A stretch of DNA of 64,000 nucleotides from positions 768,001 to 832,000 of the forward strand of contig CAVWVQ010000003.1 in assembly GCA_963758525.1 (NCBI GenBank), read 5' to 3'. The translations under genes and the position numbers were made by a program. Position 1 is the first letter of the stretch, and every line of letters begins with the position of its first letter. The stretch is from an uncultured Phycisphaerales bacterium (GTDB lineage: Bacteria; Planctomycetota; Phycisphaerae; Tepidisphaerales; Tepidisphaeraceae). Positions 31,085 through 41,540 of the stretch are shown piece by piece. The notes under the pieces are model-generated. The model saw nothing but the letters and a program-made list of their open reading frames with translations, was not told the origin of the DNA and made no database searches.

Positions 31085-31981
31085 TTACCCCTCAAACGGC
31101 ACCGCCGGCAATCCCCGGACTCCGGGTCTGACAGCGAAGATTCCCCCGGAGAGCGGCGCGGCTTGCAGTTGCGCCGGCGTCATGGTTTCGCGCGGAGGTG
31201 ATGAAAAGCGTCCCCAGATCATCGCCGCCGAACATGCAGCCTACCGCCCTGGGAACAGGAAGCAGAACCTGCCGTTCGATGCGGCCGGCGGGATCGTAGC
31301 GAACCACCCGGCCGATGCCGACCTGGTTGCTCCAGACGTGTCCCTGGGCATCCACACACAGCCCGTCGGGAAAGGCGCCGAGCTTGCGATCAACCTCCGC
31401 GAAGACGCGACGATTGGTGACCGAGCCGGTCTGGGCATCGAATTCATACGCGAAGATCACGTAACGAAAACTCTCGGTGTGATACATCGTTCTGCCGTCA
31501 GGGCTCCACGCGGTCCCGTTGGAACACACAAGCTGGGTGCAGGTTTGCGTGACCGTCAAATCCGGATCCAATCGGTACAGGCTGCCGACCGGGGCATCCC
31601 AGGCGGGATCGCCGATCGTGCCGGCCCAGAAGCGGCCTTGCGGGTCGACTCGCCCGTCATTGAAGCGATTCCCCGGCGTATCGCCTTCGACAGTTGCCAG
31701 CATCTCCAGTTTGTCCGACTCGGGATCGAAGAACGCAAAATTCTTGCGAAGCGTCAGCAGCAGGCCGCCCTGCTTGCGAAACGCCAGACACGTCACCAGG
31801 TCGGGCAGGCTGAACGTTTCGTTGTGTCCGCTGTCGGGATCGAACCGGTGAACTTTTTTGCCGTGAATGTCGACCCAGTAGAGCCGGCGCTGTGCGCATG
31901 CCAGAGAGGAGATTCGCCCACGATGGCGTCCCATTTGAGGACGCACCGAACGTCGTCGCCAGATATTGTTGAGATTGCCAT
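31085..31981 (-). CDS. SMP-30/gluconolactonase/LRE family protein, two apparent frameshifts
   Basis: GESPLW, LYWVDI, NRFNDG, SNGTAWSPDG, PDGLCVD, LFITSA. Confidence 0.88.
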
Positions 31982-32398
31982 AATCCTTCCCAGGGCATTT
32001 GACGCAGCAATTGGGGCGTTCCAATGGCAATCTCAAGCCCCAATTTCGCGGAGAAACGCCACGGGGCTGACGATGCGAAGGTTCGGATAGAGGGTGAGTC
32101 ATGGCTTGGAATCCCGACGTTCCTGCCATGCTTCATCGCGGAGCCCTTCGTAGAATTCGTCCAAATCTTCCCCGCTCATTCGGCTCTCGGCAACTTACTT
32201 CCGGAAAGGCGCGAGAATCTCATCGATGGTGCGCGGCGCCTGAAGCTTTTCCTCCAGCGCTCTCGCGCAAACGTAGTGGCATCCTTCCCGAGATCGGCGG
32301 CGCGCTGCCGAAGTTTGTCTTCTAAATCGGGTGGAAGTGTGATGATCAAATCCATCGCTGGATTTTACGCCGGTTGTTTAGCCGGAACAAACTCGGTC

Positions 32399-33955
32399 TT
32401 ATTTCATCCGCTCGATCAGATGATCCGCGACGCGAATCGCGTTGGCGATGATCGTCAGCGAAGGATTCACCGCCCCGCAGGAAGGGAAGAACGCCGCGTC
32501 AACGACATACAGATTATCCAGATCGTGCGCTTTGCAGTTCAGGTCGAGAACCGATTGGGTTGGATCGGTTCCGAACCGGCAGGTGCCGTTCTGATGACCG
32601 ACGCCCTCGATGGGAATATCTTTCTTGAAATAGGCGTGCCAGTCGAAAACCGCGTGGGCATGGCCGGAGCGCTTCAGGACATCCACCCATCGGTCCTTGA
32701 GACGTTTGAACGACGTGAGGTTATTCGGCTTGTATTCGAGTCGAATCCCGCCGTCGACGATGCGCACGCGATTGTTGGGATCAGGAAGATCTTCGGTCAT
32801 GAGCCACCAGGGAACCGTGTGATTCTTTGCGATCTGGAGGGCGAAGCCGGGCGTCAGCGCCGGAGCATCGCTTTTCATCATCTCCTTCTGAAACGAACCC
32901 ACCGGCTGCACGCTCCCCATCGGATAGGCATACCCCGGCTCGCCGAAGTAGAAATCGTTGATGCCGAAGGTCTTCATGTATTTGCTGGGGTTTTCGTCGG
33001 TCGACAGCGCGACCATGGCGTTGGAATTGTGATACATGAAGTTGCGGCCGACCATGTCAGACGTATTGGCCAAACCCGTCGGGAAGCGGTCGCTGGCGCT
33101 TTGCAGCAGCAGAGCGGCCGAGTTAATCGCGCCGCACGCCAGCACGATCACATCCCCGGTAAAGCTCGCCGGGCCCTTGCGGCCGCTGGCCGGATCATCC
33201 ATCTCCACTTCGACGCCGGTGACGGAAGTGCCGGTCGGATTCGTCACCACGCGCGTCACCTTTGTGCTGGTCAGGAGCGTGACGTTGGGCAGATCCATCA
33301 CGGGTCGCACGCAGTCGATATCCGCGTCGGCCTTCGCATGGATCAAACAGGGAAATCCGTCACAGGTATCGCAGCGAATGCAGGCGCTGCGGAGCCGGTC
33401 GGCTTCGTTGAGCTTCAGTCCGAGGGGAACCGGAAACGGCTTGTACCCAAGGGCGGCGACGCCATCCTGAATCTCCTGCATCCGCGGCTCGTTGGACACC
33501 GCGGGAAATGGATACTCCTCGCTGCGCGGCGGTTCCGTCGGATCGATCCCGCTCTTCCCATGCACGCAGAAGAGCTTCTCGGCACGCGTGTAATACGGTT
33601 CAAACACGTCATATTTGAGCGGCCACTCCGGCGAGATGCCCCCTTCGTGCTGGAGTGTCTCGAAGTCCTGCACGCGCAGGCGGAACATTGCCGCGCCGTA
33701 GACCTTGGTGTTGCCCCCGACCCAGTAACCGGTGCCGGGGCAAATTTTCTTCCCGTTGTGGTCCGTCCAGGTTTCGGTCGTGTGATAGCGATTTTTCAGG
33801 AAGACGGCGGTCGTGTCCCAGTTTTCCTTTTCCCGCGGAAGAAACGGGCCGCGCTCCAGGACCAGCAGCTTTTTGCCCGCTCGCGCCAACTCATGAACCA
33901 GCGTTCCCCCGCCGGCGCCGGTCCCCACGATGATCACGTCGTAATGCTCGCCCAT
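32399..33955 (-). CDS. GMC family oxidoreductase
   Basis: GTGAGGG FAD motif, CIRCDTCDGFPC, HQNGTCRFG, NPSLTI. Confidence 0.93.
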   Translation of the reverse strand: MGEHYDVIIVGTGAGGGTLVHELARAGKKLLVLERGPFLPREKENWDTTAVFLKNRYHTTETWTDHNGKKICPGTGYWVGGNTKVYGAAMFRLRVQDFETLQHEGGISPEWPLKYDVFEPYYTRAEKLFCVHGKSGIDPTEPPRSEEYPFPAVSNEPRMQEIQDGVAALGYKPFPVPLGLKLNEADRLRSACIRCDTCDGFPCLIHAKADADIDCVRPVMDLPNVTLLTSTKVTRVVTNPTGTSVTGVEVEMDDPASGRKGPASFTGDVIVLACGAINSAALLLQSASDRFPTGLANTSDMVGRNFMYHNSNAMVALSTDENPSKYMKTFGINDFYFGEPGYAYPMGSVQPVGSFQKEMMKSDAPALTPGFALQIAKNHTVPWWLMTEDLPDPNNRVRIVDGGIRLEYKPNNLTSFKRLKDRWVDVLKRSGHAHAVFDWHAYFKKDIPIEGVGHQNGTCRFGTDPTQSVLDLNCKAHDLDNLYVVDAAFFPSCGAVNPSLTIIANAIRVADHLIERMK

Positions 33956-34037
33956 GAGTCCTTCCTGAATCGCAGTTGGTTCAATGCGTCGCTGTCGCAG
34001 TTGCCGCAGGCCGCAGTTTAGGCGTTATAATGCGCGG

Positions 34038-34829
34038 ATGCACGCGAGCCCCTTTCCAGGAATGGACCCATACCTTCAATCGCGCTGGCCGGACGTGCAT
34101 GCGAAGTTGATTGCCTGCATCGGCGAGGCACTGCAGCCTCTGCTCCCCGGAGATTTGCGGGCGCGTTCAGAGGAAAGAATCCTTCTTGAGTCGTTTGAGG
34201 GACAGACCCCAAGACGATATCGCGGCGATGTCGCGATCGTCGAGGGGAGATCTGCTCCCGCGTCACGCATCGTGGCGGGCGCCGCGACGATTGAGCCAAT
34301 CATCATCGAGTTCTCTGACGAGCCGCGCGTGGACCGCCTCGTCCAGATCATCGACATCGCCAATGGAGGGCGCGTGGTGACGGCAATCGAGGTTCTCAGT
34401 CCATGGAATAAAGCCGCCGGTCGGCTGAACGACGGCTACCTGCGCGAACTGGAAGATTATGCCCGAGCCGGTGTCAGCGTCGTCGAGATCGACCTGCTGC
34501 GAGGTTCGCGCTCGCGGATGATCGTGACGGATGACGACCTGCCTGCCGATCGACGCTCGGAGTATCTGCTAGCCTTGCGGCGTGGATGGGCGGGCCATCG
34601 ATGGGAAGTGTATCCCATCCCGCTCAGGCAGCGGCTGCCAGCCGTCCCCATCCCGTTGCGGGAGACAGGGCCGGACGTGCTCCTGGATTTGCAGCCTTTG
34701 ATCGAGCGCGTGTATATCGCGGGAGGACACGACGATATTGATTACGACAAACCAATTGATCTGCCTCTCGACGACGCCGACGCCCAGTGGGCACGAGAGT
34801 TGGTTCGAGGTCGGAACGATCGATGTTGA
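34038..34829 (+). CDS. DUF4058 family protein
   Basis: SPFPGMDPYL, VVTAIEVLSPWNK, VEIDLLRG, IDYDKP. Confidence 0.88.
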   Translation: MHASPFPGMDPYLQSRWPDVHAKLIACIGEALQPLLPGDLRARSEERILLESFEGQTPRRYRGDVAIVEGRSAPASRIVAGAATIEPIIIEFSDEPRVDRLVQIIDIANGGRVVTAIEVLSPWNKAAGRLNDGYLRELEDYARAGVSVVEIDLLRGSRSRMIVTDDDLPADRRSEYLLALRRGWAGHRWEVYPIPLRQRLPAVPIPLRETGPDVLLDLQPLIERVYIAGGHDDIDYDKPIDLPLDDADAQWARELVRGRNDRC

Positions 34830-34880
34830 TGGCGAGGGCCAATAGTCTTTTTCATCGGCGATTCCATCAATACGCTGGGA

Positions 34881-35884
34881 TCACCTCCGAAACTCCCCAA
34901 TCAGCGCCGCCAGCGTCGACTTGACGTCATCCAGCGTCCCCACCGCCAGCAGAATGCGATATTGATACTCACCAAATACACCCTTGGTATCCCGGACCCG
35001 GTACACGCAGTTCCACTTCACAACCTGCTGAGCTTTGAATTTCCACCGGCCGTAGCGAGGACCAACTTCGCCCCGCGGCGCGTCCGAGCCGGGGAAAAAG
35101 TGCCCATCGCAAATCGGCCGTCCGCCGTCGAGAAGACGATGGGCAGAGTTTGCTCTCCCGGACCGTCGTCCAGTGAATCGAGTTCGTTTTTACTCGCGTC
35201 ATACGTCCAGAACTTCTCAAACTCAGGCGGCATGTATCCCGTCAACGCCTCCATTACACAGGAGGTATCGCGCTCGCCTGCCGGAATCGTCACCGTCACG
35301 CGATAATCAATCGCGTGCGGCAGACCAGGCATGCCAATCTGCACGCGCTTGGCCAGCAGATGATCCGAGAGAAGGATCTTGTTCCGCGCGGGATGCCCGC
35401 CCGACGTTTCCCCCGGCTTCAGCCAGAACGCGGGCCGCGAAAGCGTGGTCAGAATATTCCTCTCGGCATGCAATTGCAGAAGTTTGCTGGAGGAAGTTGG
35501 TCCAGCCCCATCATCCCGCGCGCCCGCTTCGGTGGGATTGAGCGTCTCGGATTGAATCGGGGTAATCCCGGCATCGGCGTTCCAAGCGGTCTGCAGTTGC
35601 CGGCCATGGTCGGCAGAGTTGATAAACTCCTGTCCGCCCCACGTCAGAGAATGAATCGCGCCCCCCACTCGCGAGGTGGTCGTAATCACGATTTCCGATT
35701 CGCCAACCTTGGCACGAATCACGGAGTCGCCGCTGACCTCTTTGTCGCGGTCGCCTTCGGCGGCACCGCCGGCAAGGATGGCGCGAAAGACAATAGCAAC
35801 AAAACCCATCGCCCGAATCCGCAACCACCACACGCATCGCTGCTTCGTTCCGCGTCGCCCGGTCGATATGTCTTTGCACGACAA
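34881..35884 (-). CDS. Conserved secreted hypothetical protein, frameshift near 35060 (start uncertain)
   Basis: GQEFINSADHGRQLQ, NPTEAG; shifted frame continues VVKWNCVYRVR…EFRR* to 34881. Confidence 0.65.
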
Positions 35885-36120
35885 TGGTTATCTCCTGGTC
35901 ATCGGACCGTGGGCTTACACCCCGAGCCATTGTTGTTTTTTTGTCCGCATTGACGGCTTTCGGATTACGCCGCGACTTTCCGGGTCGCCGGGCGTCATGC
36001 AAACGCAATTCTAGAACGTGCCCACAAACAGAGCGGAGCCGCGGATGTACATCCGCGGCTTCTTGTCCCACGGACGCGGCTGATCCGATCGAGCTTTAAA
36101 AAATAGTTACCCGGCTCGCG

Positions 36121-36462
36121 CTATTGGTGGCCGACGCCTTGATCGACCGACACAATCGCCGATCGGGTCGCGCCGGTGAGCGAGCACTTGGGGTCCAGCA
36201 CGCCGGTTTGGAAATACTTGATCGCCGCGGCCTTGCATTCCGGACACACTTTGTTGCCCGCGGAGCACATAACGACCGGCTCGTTGGGGTCGACCGAAGA
36301 CAGGTAGACCGTGTAGTTACCGGTGTTGCCGCCGCTGACAACGATCGCACGCTGCGGCGAAGCCATCGCCTGCGCGGTCGTGGGACCGGAACTCTGACAG
36401 CTTGCAAGAATCAGCATCGCCAATGCGGCGGCGGCGACGAGACCGGTGCGTTGCATGAACAT
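36121..36462 (-). CDS. Small lipoprotein with CxxC
   Basis: RBS AAAGGAGAG, lipobox LASC, VCPECK. Confidence 0.65.
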   Translation of the reverse strand: MFMQRTGLVAAAALAMLILASCQSSGPTTAQAMASPQRAIVVSGGNTGNYTVYLSSVDPNEPVVMCSAGNKVCPECKAAAIKYFQTGVLDPKCSLTGATRSAIVSVDQGVGHQ

Positions 36463-36840
36463 GATGAACTCTCCTTTGGAAATTCCGTGTTCGTCGTTGC
36501 GACGCCGCAGACGACGATCATCCTTCACCGTTCCAAAGCGGCATGGATTCTATTTGGAGCAATTATCGCAGCGGCAGTTGAAACGACTTCATCGCGCCGC
36601 CAACGACCTCACTTTACCTTCAATCCCCGACAGCCCCGAAATATTTCGTGAATACCGCACATCAGTTACACCATGCCCGCCAATTCGCGAGCGATCATTC
36701 TCGTCGCTGCATGTACTTTCCCCTCAATCTCTCCGAAAATCGTAGGCCGCTGGCGCACTCCAGAGACGTTCCACTAAATGACCTTACGCGAACACGCGCT
36801 GCCAATCTCCGAGGATCCGCGCGAACCCGTGAAGCGGGAA

Positions 36841-36923
36841 CACGAATCTGCACGAATTCGCACGAATAAACGCGGAGGAAATCTGCTTCGTGAAGATTCG
36901 TGCGAATTCGTGTCGATTCGTGT
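36841..36923. repeat. Palindromic short-period element (CACGAAT / ATTCGTG arms)
   Basis: cacgaatctgcacgaattcgcacgaat … attcgtgcgaattcgtgtcgattcgtg. Confidence 0.8.
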
Positions 36924-37049
36924 TCTGCATTTCCCGGTCACTCCAGACCGGGCGGGATCGCGCACAGCCATTTAGTTTAGGCTGGCAGCGTCAGACGCAA
37001 GCCGAACCCGCACGGAGTTTTCAGACAGAGCGTGGCCCCATGACAAGAG

Positions 37050-38043
37050 TCATTCCCTCGGCCGCAGGTAGTTCCGCCGAATGCGCGGCCGGTACGTGGC
37101 CGTCGCGCCTTCACCCGTCGCCAGCTTCGGGAACACCTGCAGATGCACGACCACTTTTTCGTTCCACACGAGCGAAGCCGCAGCGAGATCACTCTCTTCC
37201 ATCCGCCATTCCTTGCCGTCGCCCGGCGGGCTGAAGCTCTCCCATTTCGCGGCGATCAGACGATCCAGCGTCGAGCGGATGACCTGCCCCTCATCCGACT
37301 CCGGCAAGGCCGGATCGACCGGAGCTTCGAGCAGATCGATGGCATAACTGTCTACCAGCGATTCCCAAAAATACTTGAGCGTCGAATGCCGATCGAACAG
37401 ATCGAGCCCCTGGAACGTTCCCGCGTGAAATACTGCCACCCCAACTGCTTCGGCGGGCAATTGCAGACTGACGCGGAATGCACGCAGATCGACATCTCGC
37501 TTCGCGTAGGCATCGCTCAATGCGCTCGTCGGACTGCTGGCGCCGGATGCGTGCAATGACTCCTGCACTTCGTTCCAGACCGCTCTCTGGTCGGCGTCGT
37601 GTCCTCCCCCCGATTTGAGATTCTCATGCACACGCGCGAGCTTCGCGGACCGCACGCGATGACTCGCGGACTTGCCGCTGGAGAAACGCCTGGCTGACAT
37701 GATGCCATCGTCCCTGCTCGACACAACTGACCGGAATCTTCAGTGTCGAGCTGGCGGGAACCAGTACATCGGTGTTCAAGATGCGATTCTGCTTCGCTCC
37801 AACGAGTTCCTGACCATCCATCAGGAACACCCTCACGTCGAGCTTGTTCTCGACTTGCAGCTCCGGCACGCTTCCGCTCTGGCTGATCTCCGTGACGACC
37901 ACGCAGCTCAGCGTCTCCGGTCGCAATAGTTCGTACGGCGGCCGCTCATGCGAGCGGCCCAGGATCGGAATGAACTTGAGCTTCTGCCCCTGGCTGCGGT
38001 CAGGAGAGACTGTCTTGGCCCGGTTGGAAATTGCTTTTGGCAT
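37050..38043 (-). CDS. ARPP-1 (DUF6569)-like protein, frameshift near 37685
   Basis: GSVPELQVEN…LMDGQELVGAKQNRILN…IPVSCVEQGRW; DQRAVWNEV; RBS AAAAGGAG before ATG 38043. Confidence 0.8.
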
Positions 38044-38084
38044 CGTGCTCCTTTTTGTTGCCCCCCCTTCAATAGCAGACGCTC

Positions 38085-38102
38085 CTGACAACAGTGTGTC
38101 AG
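38085..38102. promoter_or_regulatory. Candidate operator palindrome CTGACA-N6-TGTCAG
   Basis: Perfect 6-bp inverted half-sites between the divergent ARPP-1 and WYL genes. Confidence 0.55.
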
Positions 38103-38223
38103 TGAGCCGGCAAGATTAATTTGGCGAATCCATTCTGGCGGTTACGATCTCGCTCACCATTCGCTGTCGTGCATGAATTGATCAGTTTATTCCTGCCCGG
38201 TTTCTGATCGCGGGGTAACAGAT

Positions 38224-39213
38224 ATGGCTGCGAATTACTCCCGGATTCATCGGCTGCTTAAAATTCTCACGCTCATTCAGGGCTCCAAAGGCTGGACGCC
38301 AAAACACCTGGCGCACGAATGCAAGGCCGCTGAGCGGACGATTTACCGCGACATGAAAATGCTCGGCGCCGCGGGCATCCCCTGCTTCTATGACGATGAT
38401 GCCAAGTGCTATGGCGTCCAGCGCGATTTCTTCATGCCGCCCGTGCAGTTGACGCTCGACGAATCCCTCGCTCTGGCGGCCCTGGCCGAGCATGTCGGCG
38501 GGCAGGAGCAGGTTCCATTCACCAAAGCCGCTGCCCGTGCAATCAGCAAGATTCGCGGCCAGCTCCCTGCGCCCATTCGCCGGGAGCTTGAGCAGATCGA
38601 GGACCACGTCGCCATCAAGCTCGCGGCAACGCACCCGCCCGAGGCCTCTGCCGACGTCTACGAAAAGATACGGTCGGCTCTTTCGCAAAAGCTGGCGCTG
38701 CGATGCCAGTACGAATCCGTTTCAAGCGGCGCGAAGAAAAACGGCCAGGCTTTCCTCCTCAAACCCTACACGCTCTTCTTCAATCAGCGGGCGTGGTACG
38801 TCGCCGGCCATCACAGCAAGCACGATGACATTCGCTGCCTGAAATTGAACCGATTCAGCCGCGTCCAGCCAACGGATCACCCCTACTCGATTCCCAAGTC
38901 CTACTCACTGGACAAACACCTCGGCAACGCCTGGCGGATGATTCGCGGCGACAGCACGTTCAAAGTGGAACTGCACTTCGATCCAGGGTTTGCCGAGACG
39001 ATCGCCGATACGCACTGGCATGCGACTCAGGATGTGATCTGGAACGATGATGAGTCAATCACGTTCCGATGCAAAGTGGACGGGCTGGAGGAGATTATCT
39101 GGTGGGTATTGAGCATGGGCCCGCACTGCACGGTGAAGAAGCCAATGGAACTGATCGAGAAGGTGAAGACGCTGACGGCGGCAATGGCCGCCAAATATTC
39201 CGCGCCCGCCTGA
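38224..39213 (+). CDS. HTH-WYL-WCX transcriptional regulator (YafY/PafC-like)
   Basis: wHTH ERTIYRDM, WYVAGH…RCLKLNR, C-terminal WWVLSMGPHCTVKKP. Confidence 0.93.
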   Translation: MAANYSRIHRLLKILTLIQGSKGWTPKHLAHECKAAERTIYRDMKMLGAAGIPCFYDDDAKCYGVQRDFFMPPVQLTLDESLALAALAEHVGGQEQVPFTKAAARAISKIRGQLPAPIRRELEQIEDHVAIKLAATHPPEASADVYEKIRSALSQKLALRCQYESVSSGAKKNGQAFLLKPYTLFFNQRAWYVAGHHSKHDDIRCLKLNRFSRVQPTDHPYSIPKSYSLDKHLGNAWRMIRGDSTFKVELHFDPGFAETIADTHWHATQDVIWNDDESITFRCKVDGLEEIIWWVLSMGPHCTVKKPMELIEKVKTLTAAMAAKYSAPA

Positions 39214-39672
39214 CACGACGTAGACAGCGCGCCTGTCAGGATTTTCAACATGACCAGGGGGACACGATTCGGCAGGGACGCCGTGAAGCGCAGAAATTCA
39301 GAATACCGGGCGGTTCGTCTCGCACTGCTGCGCACGCTGCGCGACCTGCGACGGTCGGTGATCGCGGGCAGACCGATGACGCTGCCGAATTGCCTGCGGC
39401 TTTGCCGGAGGCGTTTGGCGGGAAAGGAGAATGATTCGAATGTGCTGCGGTTGCTGGCATCGATTTATCGGCGACATCAGCCGTTTAGGTTAGGGGCGCA
39501 TGTGATCCGCATCGGGGGGAATGAAACGTGAGGCGGCAGCCGTAGACCGCGCGGGCCTTTCTTGTGCGGGCCGGCATCCTGAATAAAAAGGGGAAGGGAC
39601 TGGCCAAATATCATTGCAAAAGCAGCGTCCGATGCGAAAGGCGCCCATTCCAAGAGGCATCAGAAACGCGAT

Positions 39673-39695
39673 AACCCCGTAATTCAACGGGGCTT
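39673..39695 (-). terminator. Hairpin just downstream of tRNA-Thr
   Basis: AACCCCGT-aattca-ACGGGGCTT stem-loop about 10 nt past the tRNA 3' end. Confidence 0.4.
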
Positions 39696-39704
39696 ACCTT
39701 TAAT

Positions 39705-39777
39705 AGCCACCTATCAGAGTCGAACTGATAACCCCCGCTTTACAAAAGCGGTGCTCTGCCAATTGAGCTAAGGTGGC
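39705..39777 (-). tRNA. tRNA-Thr(TGT)
   Basis: GCCACCTTAGCTCAATTGGCAGAGCACCGCTTTTGTAAAGCGGGGGTTATCAGTTCGACTCTGATAGGTGGCT; all four stems pair, anticodon TGT, CCA not encoded. Confidence 0.95.
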
Positions 39778-39867
39778 GCGAATGGAACGGAAAAATCTTA
39801 TCTCGCGGATCGGCGCACGTCCATGCTGAGTTGCTGACAGTGTTGACGATGCCGTCCTGGGTGTGCA

Positions 39868-39977
39868 TCTTTAGCCGCCTCGCTTGCGGGGCGTGTCCAG
39901 CGGCGCGGGTCCTCAGCATGGCGCGGTTTGCGACAGTAGCGCAGTCGGACACGCCTCGCAAGCGAGGCGGCTAAAGA
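39868..39977. repeat. REP-like inverted pair (family D, TTTAGCCGCCTCGC…)
   Basis: TCTTTAGCCGCCTCGCTTGCGGGGCGTGTCC … GGACACGCCTCGCAAGCGAGGCGGCTAAAGA. Confidence 0.85.
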
Positions 39978-40017
39978 ACTTCGAGTGCTGCGCACACGGC
40001 GAGCTCTGAAACGCTTT

Positions 40018-40866
40018 CTAAACTGATGGTACATCCTCCGGCAGCGCCAGCGCCTCGCGCAGATTCGCGCCGAGGATTTTCGCTTGATCCTCTTCGCTCA
40101 AATCCAGCGCGCGGATCGTATTGATCGCGGTCTCGATCTGGCTCTCCAGGTTGTACGGAAAATCGAGGCCGAAGATGAGCTGATCGACGCCGGCCTGGAG
40201 AATCAACTCGTTGAGCCGTTCGGGCGGGAGATACCAGAACCGAAGATGGCGCGGCGTCAGGCAACTGGTCAGCCCGGCGTAGACCCTGCAGCGCCGGCCG
40301 GGGACGGGAGGGTAGGGAATGTGATTGACGATGACGGCAAGCGCCCCGGGGAAGAAGCTGTAGCCGCCGACGTGCTCCATGCTGAAGCGCAGATCGGGGA
40401 ACTTCCAGGCGATTTCGTCAAAGTGCCGCACGTCGACCCCTTTGAGCGGATAGCGGTGCACGCCGGAGTGGAAGGTGATGAATAATTCCTGCGCCTCGGC
40501 GGCGGCGTACGCCTTAAGCGCGGGCGGAGAGAGCAGATCGAATTTCTGGGCGTTGGGATGGAGCTTGAGCCCGCGCAGGCCCAGGGACTTGGCGTGGCGG
40601 ACCTGCGCTTCGATGTCGGGGAGCGTGAGATCGAGCGTGCCGAAGCCGAAGAGGCGGGGTTGTCCCCATATTTCCCGCGCGAGCCAGTCGTTGGGTTGCG
40701 CCTGGTGGAAGCCGGCTTTTTCAAACTGATGGGGAAACGGCGCGAAGCAGACGGCCTGGTCGATGCCGGTGTTGTCGAGGAGTTTGAGCAAGCGGTCGAT
40801 GGTGCCGTCGGGGTTGACCGAAGCGGGAAAGACGTGGGCGTGATTCGCGAAGATGCGGATGGGCAT
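40018..40866 (-). CDS. Amidohydrolase family protein (Amidohydro_2)
   Basis: NHAHVF, GLKLHP, FHSG, EHVGG, FGLDFPY. Confidence 0.9.
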   Translation of the reverse strand: MPIRIFANHAHVFPASVNPDGTIDRLLKLLDNTGIDQAVCFAPFPHQFEKAGFHQAQPNDWLAREIWGQPRLFGFGTLDLTLPDIEAQVRHAKSLGLRGLKLHPNAQKFDLLSPPALKAYAAAEAQELFITFHSGVHRYPLKGVDVRHFDEIAWKFPDLRFSMEHVGGYSFFPGALAVIVNHIPYPPVPGRRCRVYAGLTSCLTPRHLRFWYLPPERLNELILQAGVDQLIFGLDFPYNLESQIETAINTIRALDLSEEDQAKILGANLREALALPEDVPSV

Positions 40867-40898
40867 AGGAATGGGGAGGAGTCAGGAGGGAATACGGG

Positions 40899-41054
40899 GA
40901 GGAGCCAGAAGTCAGGAGCAAGGAGCCAGAAGGGAAGAGGAAAATGCAAATCGGCCGTCGTCTCTTCGCTTCTGACTCCTGACTGAGGAGCCAGAAGTCA
41001 GGAGCAAGGAGCCAGAAGGGAAGAGGAAAATGCAAATCGGCCGTCGTCTCTTCG

Positions 41055-41070
<16 letters not shown>
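40899..41070. repeat. 86-bp perfect tandem duplication
   Basis: gaggagccagaagtcaggagc…tctgactcctgact at 40899-40984 and 40985-41070. Confidence 0.9.

Positions 41071-41540
<470 letters not shown>

Noticed and set aside
32024..34021. Long antisense ORFs (665 aa here; also 6525-7877, 27738-29390, 42202-43431, 55282-56559)
   Set aside because: Shadow frames opposite well-supported genes in high-GC DNA, with no motifs.
39250..39531. 93-aa ORF after the WYL gene
   Set aside because: Arg-rich, no motif and no clear RBS; cannot be supported.
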